Shown here: in pieces, positions 27,161-39,738 of the stretch
How the letters are laid out: the number at the start of each line of letters is the position of its first letter
Position numbering within the stretch: position 1 is the stretch's first letter
From: Felis catus
Taxonomy: Eukaryota
Direction: 5' to 3'
DNA: 64,000 bases
Assembly: GCF_018350175.1 (NCBI RefSeq)
Contig: NC_058369.1
Coordinates: forward strand, 21,454,001-21,518,000
The notes under the pieces: generated by a model
Database searches by the model: none
What the model was told of the DNA's origin: nothing
What the model saw: only the letters and a program-made list of their open reading frames with translations
Made by a program: the position numbers and the translations under genes

Positions 27161-28713
27161 TGAGGCAAACAATCCAAGACTCTGCACACAGTAATATTCC
27201 TTCCAGTACAGACGTTCGAAGTTCTTCTATTTTCCTTGTTAGTACGAATATTGTGGCCAAGAGCTTATCTTAGATTGATCAATCCGCCTGAGTCGACTTT
27301 TTTTCTTCCCTGAGCATAATGTAAATGGTTATTTCAATCCAGATGTGGTCGTTTAGAAATATACAAGGTTTATACTGAAAATAGGTCAACATATCCCCAT
27401 CATGTCCATTTTGAACGTGCTTCATAAAGCCAAGTTGTTGGTAACTCTCAGAGTCTCTAATGCTTCCCTCCTCGCATGCACGTTTACTCCCACCTTAACC
27501 CCTTGACTCCTTGGAAGGAGCTCTCTACCTGTATTAGGGCCTCTAGTCTCTATTGTCCCATCTATCCTCCCAACACCTCTGCCTTTTCTCCAGACACCTC
27601 TTGTTGATTCCTTCAAGTCCCCAGCCTTCCTGCTGCATTTGCTTAATGACCATGTACACATATTATTCCAATAGACACTGGGCTGTATTTGTGGAACAAT
27701 AGATACTCCACCTAGGGAAACTTACCCTTAAAAGATAGTCACCAATGAATTCCAATTATATAAAAGGGCTAAATGCCACACAAAAGCTTTCGTGGCTAAC
27801 AGGAATACTAACCTGATTATCCAGAGAACAGAAATGCTGTTGGCTCTTTAGAGCCCTTCTCTTACAATGCACTTCATAGCTCTGGGTCTTAAACGGCATT
27901 TCAGCTGTGTGTACTACTGTTCCCTTTTCTGCTGAATGAACTACTCCTCGTGCTTAAGGCCTGCCTGACCTCCCTCTCCGGTGGGCTTCCATACTACCTT
28001 GTGTATACTGCTCCACTAGAGCTTTTCATACTGCTAATCAGATGGTTTTACTCACACAGCTGAGTGTGAGTTCCTGGAGGGCGGGAACTGGTTTACATTA
28101 TTCACCCTTATATCCAACATAGCGCCTGGCACACAGAACATGGCAACACTTTTTTTAAATTAAACTGAATTTTAATTTATAAAATTTAAAACTCTCCACA
28201 AGTATTGACCATGGGAAAATACAGAAAATCAGGTTAAGAAAATAAATAGGTAAGGGAAAATTGCATTACTGCCTTTAAATCTAAGAAGGTCTCTTACGGG
28301 GATGCTCAACAGTTACAGTCCATGTTCAGAGGGAATCAAACAAGAGGATGTGTACTTAAAGCAGAAGAGATTGTGGGCTGAGTATAAGGAGACTGTTAGT
28401 TGCTTGAAGATACAGGCAGCCTAAGGGAAGTTGCACGTAAGAGCTGGAGAATGACGTTTTTGACAAAGCACTGCTCTGTCCTTCCAGGTGTGGAGGGATC
28501 CTTAAGGCCCGTTGCTGCTGTACCAAGACAAATGTAGACAAACAAGAAGCATTCTTCCGAGATCAGGGGCAGATTCCCCAACGCCAGGAGCAAGGTCGCT
28601 GTGGGGAAATTCTGCTCTTCCTACCTTTCCTGACCTGCAATTAAAAAGTCCCTAAGTCCAGAGGGTAAAGGTCAGACAGCAGGAGAAGGGGGGAGAATTC
28701 TGGAAAGGCTCAG

Positions 28714-28719
28714 TTTATT
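28714..28719 (-). terminator. Candidate distal polyadenylation signal AATAAA of SFMBT1
   Basis: Plus-strand tttatt. Preceded in the transcript by U-rich sequence and a UGUAUAUA at 28900-28907, followed by pyrimidine-rich sequence. Confidence 0.6.
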
Positions 28720-31700
28720 AAAGTAGAAAGGAACTTTCTCCTCCTTCCAGAGATGATTCTGAGGCCCCACTGGAAAGAGTTTTGAAGGATTTACTCTGGC
28801 CAAGATGTCTTCTTTGCTGTCAAATGAAGTTAAACATAGCTTAAGACCTGTATTAATGTTCTTACAACCACTTAAAACTGCCATAATATGCCACAAGTTT
28901 ATATACACTCTTAATTACAAAAAAAACCCACGCAAAATATTAATCCAAAATAGTTATTTTTTAATCCCTTGAAGTTATACCCATCAAACTTGATGGGAAT
29001 TATTTTAATAGGTATTCTTGTGCATATTTCTCCTTAATTATACTTTATCCTCAACTCATAACTTTTAAAATTAAGAGAAAAACAGCAAGCAGGAAGGATA
29101 CAATGCAATATGCATTTTGTTTTGTTCCAAACAAGCAGCTTAAAAAAAAAAAAAAAGGGTAGCATACAATAAACAAAGTGCATCAGTTCCAACAAGTTAG
29201 TATTAGAAAGAGGCCTAAGGAGAGGGCTGGAACCAGCCAGAAGTCCCACCCTGGCAGGCCTCTGATTGTCTTTAGAGAATATTCAACCAAAAAAAGAAAG
29301 GAAGAAGGGAAGAGGAAAAGAAATGAGCATTTTAAAATCTCAAAAGAAACATTCGAACTACACTTCCTTAGAGCCTTCTTGCAAAAGGAGATAAGGAACT
29401 GTCCAGTTTTAATTCTGTCTCAACTCTGTAGGGGCCCTTTAGTCATCTGCTTTGTGACTTGATTTTACCCCTAAAGCCTGTCCTCGTCCTTCTTCAAGCA
29501 CTATTTGCCCACCTCCATTTGGCCAAGCTAAGCACGCAGTTAGGTTGACTAAACCACGTAGAAACCTCAGGACTGAGCTTCCACACACTGTGAGAACAGG
29601 CACCATCAGCAATGGTGGCATCATTTCACTGGTCAATATCATCCTTTGTCCCCCAAAATAGTCAGAGACCCTTGCCTCCCATGGCTCAGGGTCCACACTT
29701 GACTGCTGGTGTTGAGGACTTGTCTGGCAAGGCTGTAGATTTTCCTTTTAAAACCGTCCTTTGTGATAGGCCATAGCACCAGGACAGACCAGACCCAAAC
29801 AGTGTGTTAAGTCAGAAAAGACGTAAGTAGGGAGGGAGTTTTAGGCCTATTTCTCCATTCCCCCCTCTCCTAGTTTTGCTGGTTCTTGTGAAAAATCCAA
29901 GAGTTCTGAAACACCAGAAGCAAGAAAACCTCCAGTGCATTTAGTGCTCACCACCTTTTCTATACCTTTACCCCGAAGGCTGCCCTCAGAAATAAGGCTA
30001 CTTATGTGGTCTGGAAAAAGTACAGAGGAAACCCCAAGTGGGAAAGCTTGGAACCAGATCCACATGCACTGGGCTTTGAGTTTAGAACTCTTCTGCAAAA
30101 ACTCCAAGTTCACAGGTGGCTTACTTGGATAGATTCAAATTTCCAAAGTATGTACATTCTCACACAAGGGGTGAGAATCATAAAATTCACTAACAGAACA
30201 TTGTAAAGTGAATAAAGTCATGAAAGAATTATAACTGCATGAAAGGGGCTTTTTTTTTTTTTTTTTTGGTTTCGCAGGAGGCTTTGTTCTACAGTTTCTG
30301 AGACAGCACCATGACCATAAAACATGGTTACTTACAGTGGACCCAGGACCAAGACATTCAAATTTTAAAAGTGGGTCCCTGGTTCCCACTAAGATTTATA
30401 CTTCACTTGTTAGTAATCTCTTCTTCTCCCTTATTTTCATAAGGCCAAACGATAGCACAGAACACTTGAACTTATGCTTACACACATACACACACACCCC
30501 TAGAATACAGGACCAGTGTTCAAACCAAGTACATGTTTCCACTGTTGAGACTAAGCTCCTAACATCTCTCTCAGAGCTGCTGTGGGTATCAATCAAACTA
30601 GTGAATGGTGTCTTAAACAAGTCTTTGGTGATAGGTGCCAAGTAAATATAAGTGTCTGTGAGTTTTCCCCATGTTCCCATCTAGATAATTCTTGCCTACT
30701 GTTAACAATTCCCTGATGTTCTGTGTGTCCCCTAGAACTACTTTTTGGCTTGAGACAGGGGAATGGTTCTGAGTCCTACTCTACCTAAGGCCTCCTAAAG
30801 CTTGTAATCTGTATTCAGATGCCACATTAGTGACAGGATTAATACAAGAGTGAGTAAAATATATTCAAGTCCTCAGGAAGCTTTGGTCCAAGGCCCTCTC
30901 TCTCACAGTGAGAATAATTTTACTTCCAGGAGAAGAGGCATATAAAGGCCAAGTTCTGAATTGGTTTTCCACATCTGCCTCTATCGTAATTCAATAAACA
31001 TTTACCAAGAAGCCCATCTCTTCCAGAGGTTGCTAGGTATCCTTCCCTGACCTCATGTATCTACAACATAGATGCTGAGAGCCACCTACATTGCTAAAGA
31101 AAGGCAGATAAGTAAAGCCCCATTAAATGCATCCCCTGCATTAGACACCTCAACTCTCCTTCAAATGAGAAGGATGAGGGCAGTTTACAAAGGAAAATAG
31201 CACAGTTCCCAGAAGCCCACAAAATATAGTCAAAATGTTACAGCAAATCTTCACGTGCAATGAAAGATTTCCCTAACACACTAACATGGGCTAATAGTGG
31301 TCAGTCAACTTCAAGTTCCAGGGGGCTGATATAAGTCCATTCACCTGTTTCCAAGCTTGTTAATTCAGGATCAAAAAGTGGATCATGGAAAACTTTCTGA
31401 CCTCAGGCAGCTGTGGGGCCAGCTGAAGGTGAAATTCAGACAAATGCAGCCCCTCACAATGTGCCTCTCATAAATTTAAGAGGTTGATACCTTTAAAAAA
31501 CAAAGTTCATGTACCATGTACCTATGTGCAATATACAAACATCTTATCCCAACATGGTGAGTTATTATCAGGTTTAAAATCTGTGTTTCAGAATCACAGG
31601 AATCAAACTGTCAATGTTGTCCAGCCAAGCCCCAGCAGCTTTATAAGGGAAATGGAGTCTAAGTTTTATACATTAGAAAAAAAAAAAGCCCTGGACCAAA

Positions 31701-32220
31701 TTCCCAAACAATTATCCTCTCTCATTTGATATCTGGGAGTGGGGCAGGGGTATATAATTCTCTTTAATGAGGTTGCCTGAGAAACTATATCTCACTATGA
31801 GGAACACAAGAAACATTAAGGGAAACCCAACTTCGAGTCAGCTTCTCTCTAAGACAAAGCTGAGCCTGAATAATCATGGTATAGACAGACAAGCCGGCTG
31901 AGCCCGGACTACATCCAGAGCCAAGACTACTCAGGGCCGTGAGTTTCACCTTTCCAGGGGCTTTGCCCCCCTTCCATCTATGGTTTCTGGAGAAAGCAAA
32001 GAGAGACAATATAACATATTCATTGTTGAATCTGGTAAATTCCCTCTCATAGGAAGTAAATCTCATTTCCCTAAATAAAACAACATTGTTAATTAAGTCG
32101 ATTTTTTTTCCATTGATCTTCTTTAAGGAACCCCCTTTGCCTTAGTGCCTTAACTGCTGAGCTCTCCAGAAATTTAATTGTGTAAGGTACACCTCCCTCC
32201 CCCAATTCTATCTACTTTAT

Positions 32221-32313
32221 ACTAATTGTTCCCAAGCATCTATATATGATGCTTGGGAACAATTAGTGTGTGTATATATATATATGTATATATATATACA
32301 TACATATATATAG

Positions 32314-32359
<46 letters not shown>

Positions 32360-32510
32360 CATACATATATATAGTATATACATATACTATATATATATAT
32401 ACATACATATATATAGTATATACATATATATACTATAATTGTTATATATATATATAACAATTAGTGTGTGTGTGTATGTGTGTGTGTGTGTGTGTGTGTC
32501 TGTGTCTGTG

Positions 32511-32550
<40 letters not shown>
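32221..32550. repeat. Complex (TA)/(TACA)/(TG) microsatellite with two palindromes in the SFMBT1 3'UTR
   Basis: 20-bp perfect stem at 32221-32267 and 28-bp perfect palindrome at 32436-32463. Confidence 0.93.
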
Positions 32551-32554
<4 letters not shown>

Positions 32555-32628
32555 TTTCTCTTCCATGGGCACAGAATTAATTACATTTTTTAAACTTGGA
32601 TCTCTGAGTAAGTTCCAACAAATTAATT

Positions 32629-32634
32629 TTTATT
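32629..32634 (-). terminator. Candidate proximal polyadenylation signal AATAAA of SFMBT1
   Basis: Plus-strand tttatt about 1.8 kb after the stop. Another AATAAA lies at 34183-34188. Confidence 0.35.
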
Positions 32635-34426
32635 TAAATGAAGCTTCTTTCCAGGTCTACGTGGTGCTAACCTAAGCAAAGAGTGGATGCTTTAATATAT
32701 GATTTGGTTGGAGGCTTGAGTTAAGGTGGTTCATAAATGATCCAATGAAGATAGGGGTGCAGACCACAGAATGTCTGCCAATGTCTATAAACTGGTGTGG
32801 ATGGGGGAGAGGAAGAAAAGGGAAGTATCACAGTCCGTTTAAATTTGTAATAGTATTACCTTATATTTGTATAGCTGTTGAGAATTTACTCAGTTTTGTA
32901 GTTTTAAAACATTTTTACATCCTAAAGATGAGTGATTAGGTTATAAATTTGTGGGTGACTAGGATAATTAAAAAACAAAACATGCAGCAATGCAAACCAC
33001 TTAACGGAAGCAATCTACGTGTGTGTGTTTCCTCATTTGTCTCAGCTGGAATGGTACAGCAAATGCCATTACTTAATAGTAGCTAGCAGTGCTGTCTTAA
33101 GTGAAAATTCGCCTGTAGTTTCATGTCAACTTGAGCCGGGCCAAGAGAAACACCGAAAAGAAAACCAAGTTGTTGAACTGCTGAGTGGGAACCTTCAGCT
33201 TGTAGATTACATGCCATTTAAAGGTTTAACCAAAAAGACATGTAAATGTGACTAGGCAAAGAGGTTTCCAGAATCCTTAACCACCTCTCAATCTTTGTGC
33301 AGCCACTGAGGATATGAGGACACGGTTTTACAGAAACTCCGTGCTCTGCATCACCCCCTGAAACATTTTTTCTCTTGTACTTCTACTCTATCTGCTGGAG
33401 ACCCCAAGAAAGAAAGGGAGATGGGCTTACTGTAGGTCCAAGGAACACCTACTGATTTTTACCCAAAGTGAGGACTCTAGAAAGGAAACAGACAGCTGTA
33501 GAGAAAAGTAAACATAAAATAAAAGCCACTGAAGTCCCTCTGAGAACTGACAGGAAGAGAGCAACTAAATGGAAATGCCCACAATCTCTGAGAGACCACC
33601 TAAAACCGGGAGCCCACGCTGGCTCCAGACAGGGAACAATGACAGTAGGGTTCTCACATCAGGTCAGGAACTGTGTAAGTGCTCGCATGTGATTTTTAAG
33701 CAGTGTTTTTTTTCCCCCTCCAGGTTCTGTCATAGATTTAGTGTTCATGTTGCTTAAAAATGGCATCATACAAAAAACCTTATACATGGCTGTAAGCTCA
33801 ATCATCAACAGAGGTAGTAAACAAAGGAACTCCTAAGAATAGCTTTTAAAATGGATCAAAGTGTGACTGTACATTCAAAACCCTAGAGCCACGTAATCAT
33901 CCCCAAAATGAACTGTTTTAATTTAAAAAAGCTTAAAAACACAATGACAATGAAGCACTGATGTGCCTTAGGCACAGTCCCAAATCAGTGCTGACTTAAA
34001 GCTATGTCCTCTCTTTCCAAGAAAGGGAAAGCAGAGAACAAAGTTCACTCTACAATGGGAAGGAACAGAACAAAAAGAAAACAACCATAAGGATGCTTTC
34101 CAGCAGCCTACATTATTCTTTGTTTTCAGGCCACACCACTGGAAATGCTTATTCTTCTTACAGGAGTCTTTTCTTCACAACCTTTATTTTTTTTAAAACT
34201 GCAATCTGCTGACCAACAGATGCCCACATTTCCACTGGCAGGAGAGCCACTTCTGTGCAGTGTTTGCTTCCTCAGTGTGGGTCCTCCTTCCCTGAAAGTG
34301 CAAAGAGAGCAAGCCGACGTCTGCAGGGCCCGGAGCCCCAGGACCGTGTCAGCGCCACTTGTAGAGTGGGGAGAAGGATTCGCTGCATTTGTGCTTCAAA
34401 GACACAGCTCACTTTGGTTGTCCTTC

Positions 34427-34567
34427 TCAGTTGGCAAACTGCTCATAGAAAGCAAACTTGATCCTCTCTATGTGATGGCAGAGTTTGATGGCAGGGCCCA
34501 ATTTTAAGTCCATGCATTCTTGAACAGTGGGAAGGGTAAGGAGCAATAGGGCCTGCCCATCAATTTC
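34427..34567 (-). CDS. SFMBT1: SFMBT1 last coding exon (about exon 21), C-half of [49 protein letters not shown]
   Basis: taacag|GAA acceptor, TGA stop at 34429-34427. [10 protein letters not shown]...KLGPA is the Polycomb-type SAM signature. Confidence 0.96.
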   Translation of the reverse strand, partial: EIDGQALLLLTLPTVQECMDLKLGPAIKLCHHIERIKFAFYEQFAN

Positions 34568-35445
34568 CTGTTAAGGCATAAAATACAAATTATCTATGAT
34601 GTGCACATGGATGGCAGCTCCATGAAGTCAGCCCCTGTTCACTTTGGCTTGTGTCAAAATCAGAGTCCCTGTGCTTTCCTTTATAATTTTTCCCCTTTAA
34701 ACAAGTATCAACACAGTTTCTCCTAAGTGCCCCTCACAGTCCTCCATACTAATGAGTCTTCAGAATTAATGACAAACTTTTACCAAGGATAAGAAACCAT
34801 TCTACACTTTTTGCTCTGCAGAAATTCAATAAACAAACTAGTTTTGTAACTGGCAACTAGATGTGCCAAAGAAACATCTCTTTAGAGAACTCTTTCTAAA
34901 ACTGAAAGAAAATATTAATTATAAATTTCAACATTTTCCTACTCTGTAACATTCATAAAAGGCTGATGAGCTCTTCAAACATGTTCAGTTTGGAATCTCC
35001 CCAATTATCCAAACAAAATTTAATTTAGTATTTACTTAAGGTCACAGATTATTCGTTTCAGAAAACTTGCCTCCAAACTGATCACCACTTTAGATTCTAA
35101 CACATTATAGATGTTAATTATTTTTAAAAACAAGCAAGTCATTCTTTTGGAAAAGAAGAGCACAATTAAGCATGGCATGCTTGATTTTAAGCCATTTAAA
35201 CATTTGGGGGATGGAAACAAAGTCTTAGGAAAAATGGCAATGCAATGATAATCTACTTCAACTGTGGAACAAGTCAGCTCAATAGCCTTTTAAAATCATC
35301 TTTCTACTACTCGTAAAAGAGGAAATACATTTCTTTCCTTTTGGATAGAAATATTTTTCTTCCGACTTGTAAATAAATTGCTGTTACATCCATAGTCCTT
35401 TGCAAAAGAGACAAATTAATGAAAATCAAAGGTCTCTAAAATTAC

Positions 35446-35574
35446 CTGGTCTAGAAATATTCTTGCTAATGGAGCACAGTCGGTGGATCTGATGAACCGA
35501 ACAACATCTGCCACACTCCACTTCAGGGGGTTACTGTCCAGATGAAGCCTTTCAGCAACTTCAATCCTTATTTC
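35446..35574 (-). CDS. SFMBT1: SFMBT1 coding exon (about exon 20), N-half of SAM domain: [43 protein letters not shown]
   Basis: ctgaag|GAA ... CAG|gtaatt, 129 nt. Contains the W(S)V.DV..FI SAM motif. Confidence 0.94.
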
Positions 35575-36000
35575 CTTCAGTCCCCATAACAAAAGCAAAC
35601 CGAAAGATGTCAGAGCTATTTTATTCTAAAAAAAAAAAGTCTCTCTATAGAAATCCATAACCCTTTGAGGCAAGATTTAAAGTGGTTTTAGGGCATGATT
35701 TCTCCCAGCAAAGATGGCCAAGGTCCATATATGTTAGGTATTCAGGAAATATTTGTCTTTGATAATAAGAAATAGCAATGGGGAAGAATTTATCTCGAAG
35801 TTTCAGCACAAATAATTTGGACAATTTAACAGAGAAAAATGGTTTTTAAATCTCCCATTTGTTCCTTGGTTTATTTCAACTCAGTCTCTGGTAGGGTGCT
35901 GAAGCAAATGGGATGCTACTTGGGAAGAGAGAAGGCTTAACTAAATCATAAGGAGAAATCATTTACTGCTTCAGTTCATGCAATACATTTAAAATACAGT

Positions 36001-36194
36001 TTTATTTTTTAATATATTTATTTTTAATTAATTAATTAAGAGAGCGAGAGAGAGAGAGCGAGAGAGAGAATGAATATCCCAAGCAGGCTCCACACCGTCA
36101 GCATGTAGCCCAATGTAGGGCTTGAACTCATGAACTGTGAGATCATGACCTGAGCCGAAACCAAGAGTCAGACACTGAACCAACCAGGTGCACC
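36001..36194 (-). mobile_element. Can-SINE (older), sense to SFMBT1
   Basis: gagatcatgacctgagccgaaaccaagagtc with (GA)n and T tail. Confidence 0.85.
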
Positions 36195-36209
36195 TACAAC
36201 CCAGTTTTA

Positions 36210-36452
36210 TTATTTTTTTTATTTTATTTTAAAAAAAAAATTTTTTTTTCAACGTTTATTTATTTTTGGGACAGAGAGAGAGAGAGAGCATGAACGGGGG
36301 AGGGGCAGAGAGAGGGAGACACAGAATCTGAAACAGGCTCCAGGCTCTGAGCTGTCCGCACAGAGCCCGACGCGGGGCTCGAACTCCCAGACCGCGAGAT
36401 CGTGACCTGGCTGAAGTCGGATGCTCAACCGACTGCGCCACCCAGGCGCCCC
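36210..36452 (-). mobile_element. Young SINEC_Fc-type element, sense to SFMBT1, with TSD
   Basis: gactgcgccacccaggcgcccc end. TSD tacaacccagtttta at 36195-36209 and 36453-36467. Confidence 0.92.
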
Positions 36453-36807
36453 TACAACCCAGTTTTAAAACAGTAACTTAACTGCCATTCTTATAGTGTG
36501 TATGTTATATAATATGCATATATGTGTATGTTAAATACACCAGACAAAATAGTTTAACAAGAATCAAAAGGATAAATAACTTATTTCTATAGGACCATAT
36601 ATATTATTAAAAAAAAAAAAAAGGGCAGTTTACCCTAAACTAAATGACAGGCTACTACAGATAAATCAGCAATGAAACTTTTTTTGTTTTTTTTTTGACT
36701 TAAAATAAGCAGCCACTGAAATAAATGGAATGACATCATTAACAATCATTTCTCAGAGGGCAAGTCTAGAGAGAGAAAAAAATGACAGTGCATTTTAAAA
36801 ATGGTAC

Positions 36808-37053
36808 CTTTGGTGAAGGAGGTTTATTCTCATCATCAGAAAATGAAAAAGTGCGAAGCTCCCTTTTTCTCCGTTGTCTGTCTGGAGGCAGCGATGTAGA
36901 TATCTCACTTTGGGTGGGAGAGGAAGAGCATGACTTTTTTTCGGACGTTTCTGACTCTTCCTGTAGCTCGTCCTGTTGCTCAGATGTACTGCCCTCACTT
37001 AGGGAATCATCATCGCCTTCATCTGGATCATCCTCATCTTCACCTCCACTTCC
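36808..37053 (-). CDS. SFMBT1: SFMBT1 coding exon (about exon 19), acidic/Ser-rich linker: GSGGEDEDDPDEGDDD...FSFSDDENKPPSPK
   Basis: ctctag|GGA ... AAG|gtacca, 246 nt. Confidence 0.94.
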
Positions 37054-37236
37054 CTAGAGGAAATGGAGAGAAAAGTCTCACTGAAATTCAAGACAAACCA
37101 GCTCTCAGGTCCCAAAACCACCTTCTATTGAGCAGGGATCTCAGTTAGAGAGGCCTGCAGGTGTTCCTTCTGTGTCTGGACTACAGAGCAGTAAATCTCG
37201 GCTTCTAGACAAGACGGTACCTCACAGATCTCATAC

Positions 37237-37415
37237 CTGGGGCGAGCCCGCTGGGGTGTTATCAACAGATGCAGAGGAGCGTTTCTTCTTATGGACAAAA
37301 ACATTTTTCCGTCTCTTCCTTCTCTTACTGGCTTTTTTCAGGGCACATGCTAAGTTACTATGCCCACCAGGTGGCCTTCCGATTCTTTTATTTTTCTTCT
37401 TTCCATAATAGTGTG
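37237..37415 (-). CDS. SFMBT1: SFMBT1 coding exon (about exon 18), basic NLS-like region: [18 protein letters not shown]...[18 protein letters not shown]...GSPQ
   Basis: atttag|CA ... CAG|gtatga, 179 nt. Confidence 0.95.
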
Positions 37416-37544
37416 CTAAATGTGAATGACAAAGAAAAATGAGACAACTTCATGACTTCTGTACATCTCGCACTGCAAGAGATTCTACTAGCACAGCAGA
37501 AAACAGGTACAGTGTATTTGATTAAGGTTAAACTCCATCCTGTG

Positions 37545-39130
37545 GAGTAATCTCATCTGTCCAGATCTTAAATGTACAGTATAATTAGTACCAACAAATG
37601 CATAAACCTGAATTAACCTTCCCCCTATGAAGATACAGAATGTCTCCATCAACCTAGGAAGTCTCCAGGGTCCCTTCCCAGTCAGTCCCCCTCACCAGAA
37701 GCAACCACAACTGTATTCTAATTTCTGTTGGTATAGATTAGTTTTGCCTCATCTATGGAACCATTCAGTAGATACTTTTGGGACAAGGTTTCTTTCACTC
37801 AGCATAATGTTCCGGAGTTTCACCTATGCTGCAGTACGTATAAATAGTTCATTCTCTTCTATTGATGAACAGCATTCCATTGTATAGAATATACTAGTTT
37901 AACTATTCTCCTGTTGACAGGCATCTTGGCTGTTCCCAGGTTTTGGCTGTTATTATGTGGCAATGGACATTCTTGTACAGGCTTTTGGTGGGCATGTTTT
38001 CACTTTCCTGGAGTAAAACTGCTGGACCATACCATAGATGTATGGAACTGCCAGTTTTCTAAAAGGGTTGCATAATTTGACATCCCAACCAGCAATGTAT
38101 GAGTTGCTCTATACCTCTGCCAACTTGAAGGACTGTCAAATCTTTTTCATTTTAGCCAATCTAGTGGATGTGCAGTAATTTCTCATTATAGATTAGATCT
38201 GCATCTCCCCGGACGAATGGTATTGGCATGTTTTCACGTGCTTATTGGCCATGTGTGTTTCTTTTTTGTGAAGTGCCTATTCAAGCCTTTATTCATTTTT
38301 AGAATGGTTTTCTCTTTTTGCTTCTTTTTTATTGAGATATAATTCACGATATAAAATCCATCATTTTAAAGTGTACATATTCAGTGACTTTTAGTATATT
38401 CAGTATGTTGTGTGACAATCACCACTATCTAATTCCAGAACATTTTCTTTTTAATTTTTAAAAAATTGAGGTAAAAGTCGCATACAATTAACCTATGCTC
38501 AAATGCACAATTGGTGGTATTTAGCTTATTCACAATGTCGTACAACCACCAGCTTTCTGTTGCTGCCACACTTCTCTTACTACTGAGTTGTGGGAGTATT
38601 TGCTCTATTCTGGAGAGGAATTCTCTGAGAAGTTTTTAATTTTGGTGATTTCTTCCTTTATGTTAGTGCATCCTCTCTAAGAAATCTCTCCTTACCCCAG
38701 GATCTTGAGGCTATCTTATTTTCTTCTAGAAACTTTATAGTTTTAGCTTTTTACATTAGGTCTGTGATACACCTTGAATTAGTTTTCATATACAGTGAGG
38801 TAGGGGCCAAGGAGTTTTGTTCTTGTTTTTTTGATTTGGAAATCTAATTGTACCAGTACCATTTGTTGAGAGAATTTCCCTTCCCTGTTACATTTTTCAT
38901 CTTTGCTGAAAATCATGTAACCACATAAACTTGGGTCTATATGTGGGCTCTCTGTTCTGTCCCATCACTGTGTGTAACTATTTAATCAATACCCCACTAC
39001 TGATAACTAAACCTTTATGGTAAAACTTGAAGTCAGAGTAAGTTCTCCAACTTTATTCTTCTTTTTCAGGATTGTTTTGGCTATTCTAGATCCTGTGCAT
39101 TTTCATATAAATTTTAGAATACAAAGACAA
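37545..39130 (-). mobile_element. Old L1 (L1M-type) 3' portion
   Basis: Antisense L1 motifs (ttctccaactttattcttctttttcaggattgttttggctattctag, ccagtaccatttgttga). Confidence 0.78.
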
Positions 39131-39589
39131 TTCCAAAAATGAACCATATATATTCTAATTTTAAATATACGTTACCTATTAAAGTAGTAACAAAATAGAA
39201 TGTAATTTTTTGTAAAAAATGAATTCTACAGTATATAAATCCATTTGGTATCACTCAAATTACTAACTGGGAAAAAATTATAAACACTCTCTCCAAAGTC
39301 TAGGCTAATATCATTACGAAAAATATATTTAGACAAAAAGCATAATAAAATCCACATATCTTCCATAAGCTCAAAGTGACATACATGTATTTAGAGAACA
39401 GATATATTTCACTTAGATACTAATACCTGCAATATGCTAAACTTAGTGCTGAATTTGACACAATAATAAGCTAAGACAATCCCTGCTTTTTAGTCCAACA
39501 AATATAAATAGAAACGACAAAGTTAGGCTCCTATATGACTTTGTGATTCAAACATTGATTAGCAAGCTCATCATGCTAAATGACCTCAG

Positions 39590-39738
39590 CTCAGCAGCAT
39601 CAAACACAGTGTCTCGGAGCTCGCTGGAAAAGCAGACACATTTAGATCCCAGATACCCACAGACCTGATGAATCAGAACTTTCATTTTAACAAGATCCTC
39701 CGCTGATCTGCATGCATGATAAAGCTTAAGAGGCACAG
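39590..39738. mobile_element. MER5-like hAT fragment
   Basis: gacctgatgaatcagaact...ttttaacaagatcctc...gcttaagaggcac. Confidence 0.6.

Larger units (their letters stand above)
28695..34426 (-). other. SFMBT1: SFMBT1 3'UTR (longest predicted form, about 5.7 kb)
   Basis: Continuous AU-rich sequence almost free of interspersed repeats between the stop codon and a distal AATAAA. The exact 3' end is inferred. Confidence 0.65.

Noticed and set aside
32217..32675. Tyr/Ile-rich ORFs on both strands
   Set aside because: Translations of the (TA)n/(TG)n microsatellite.
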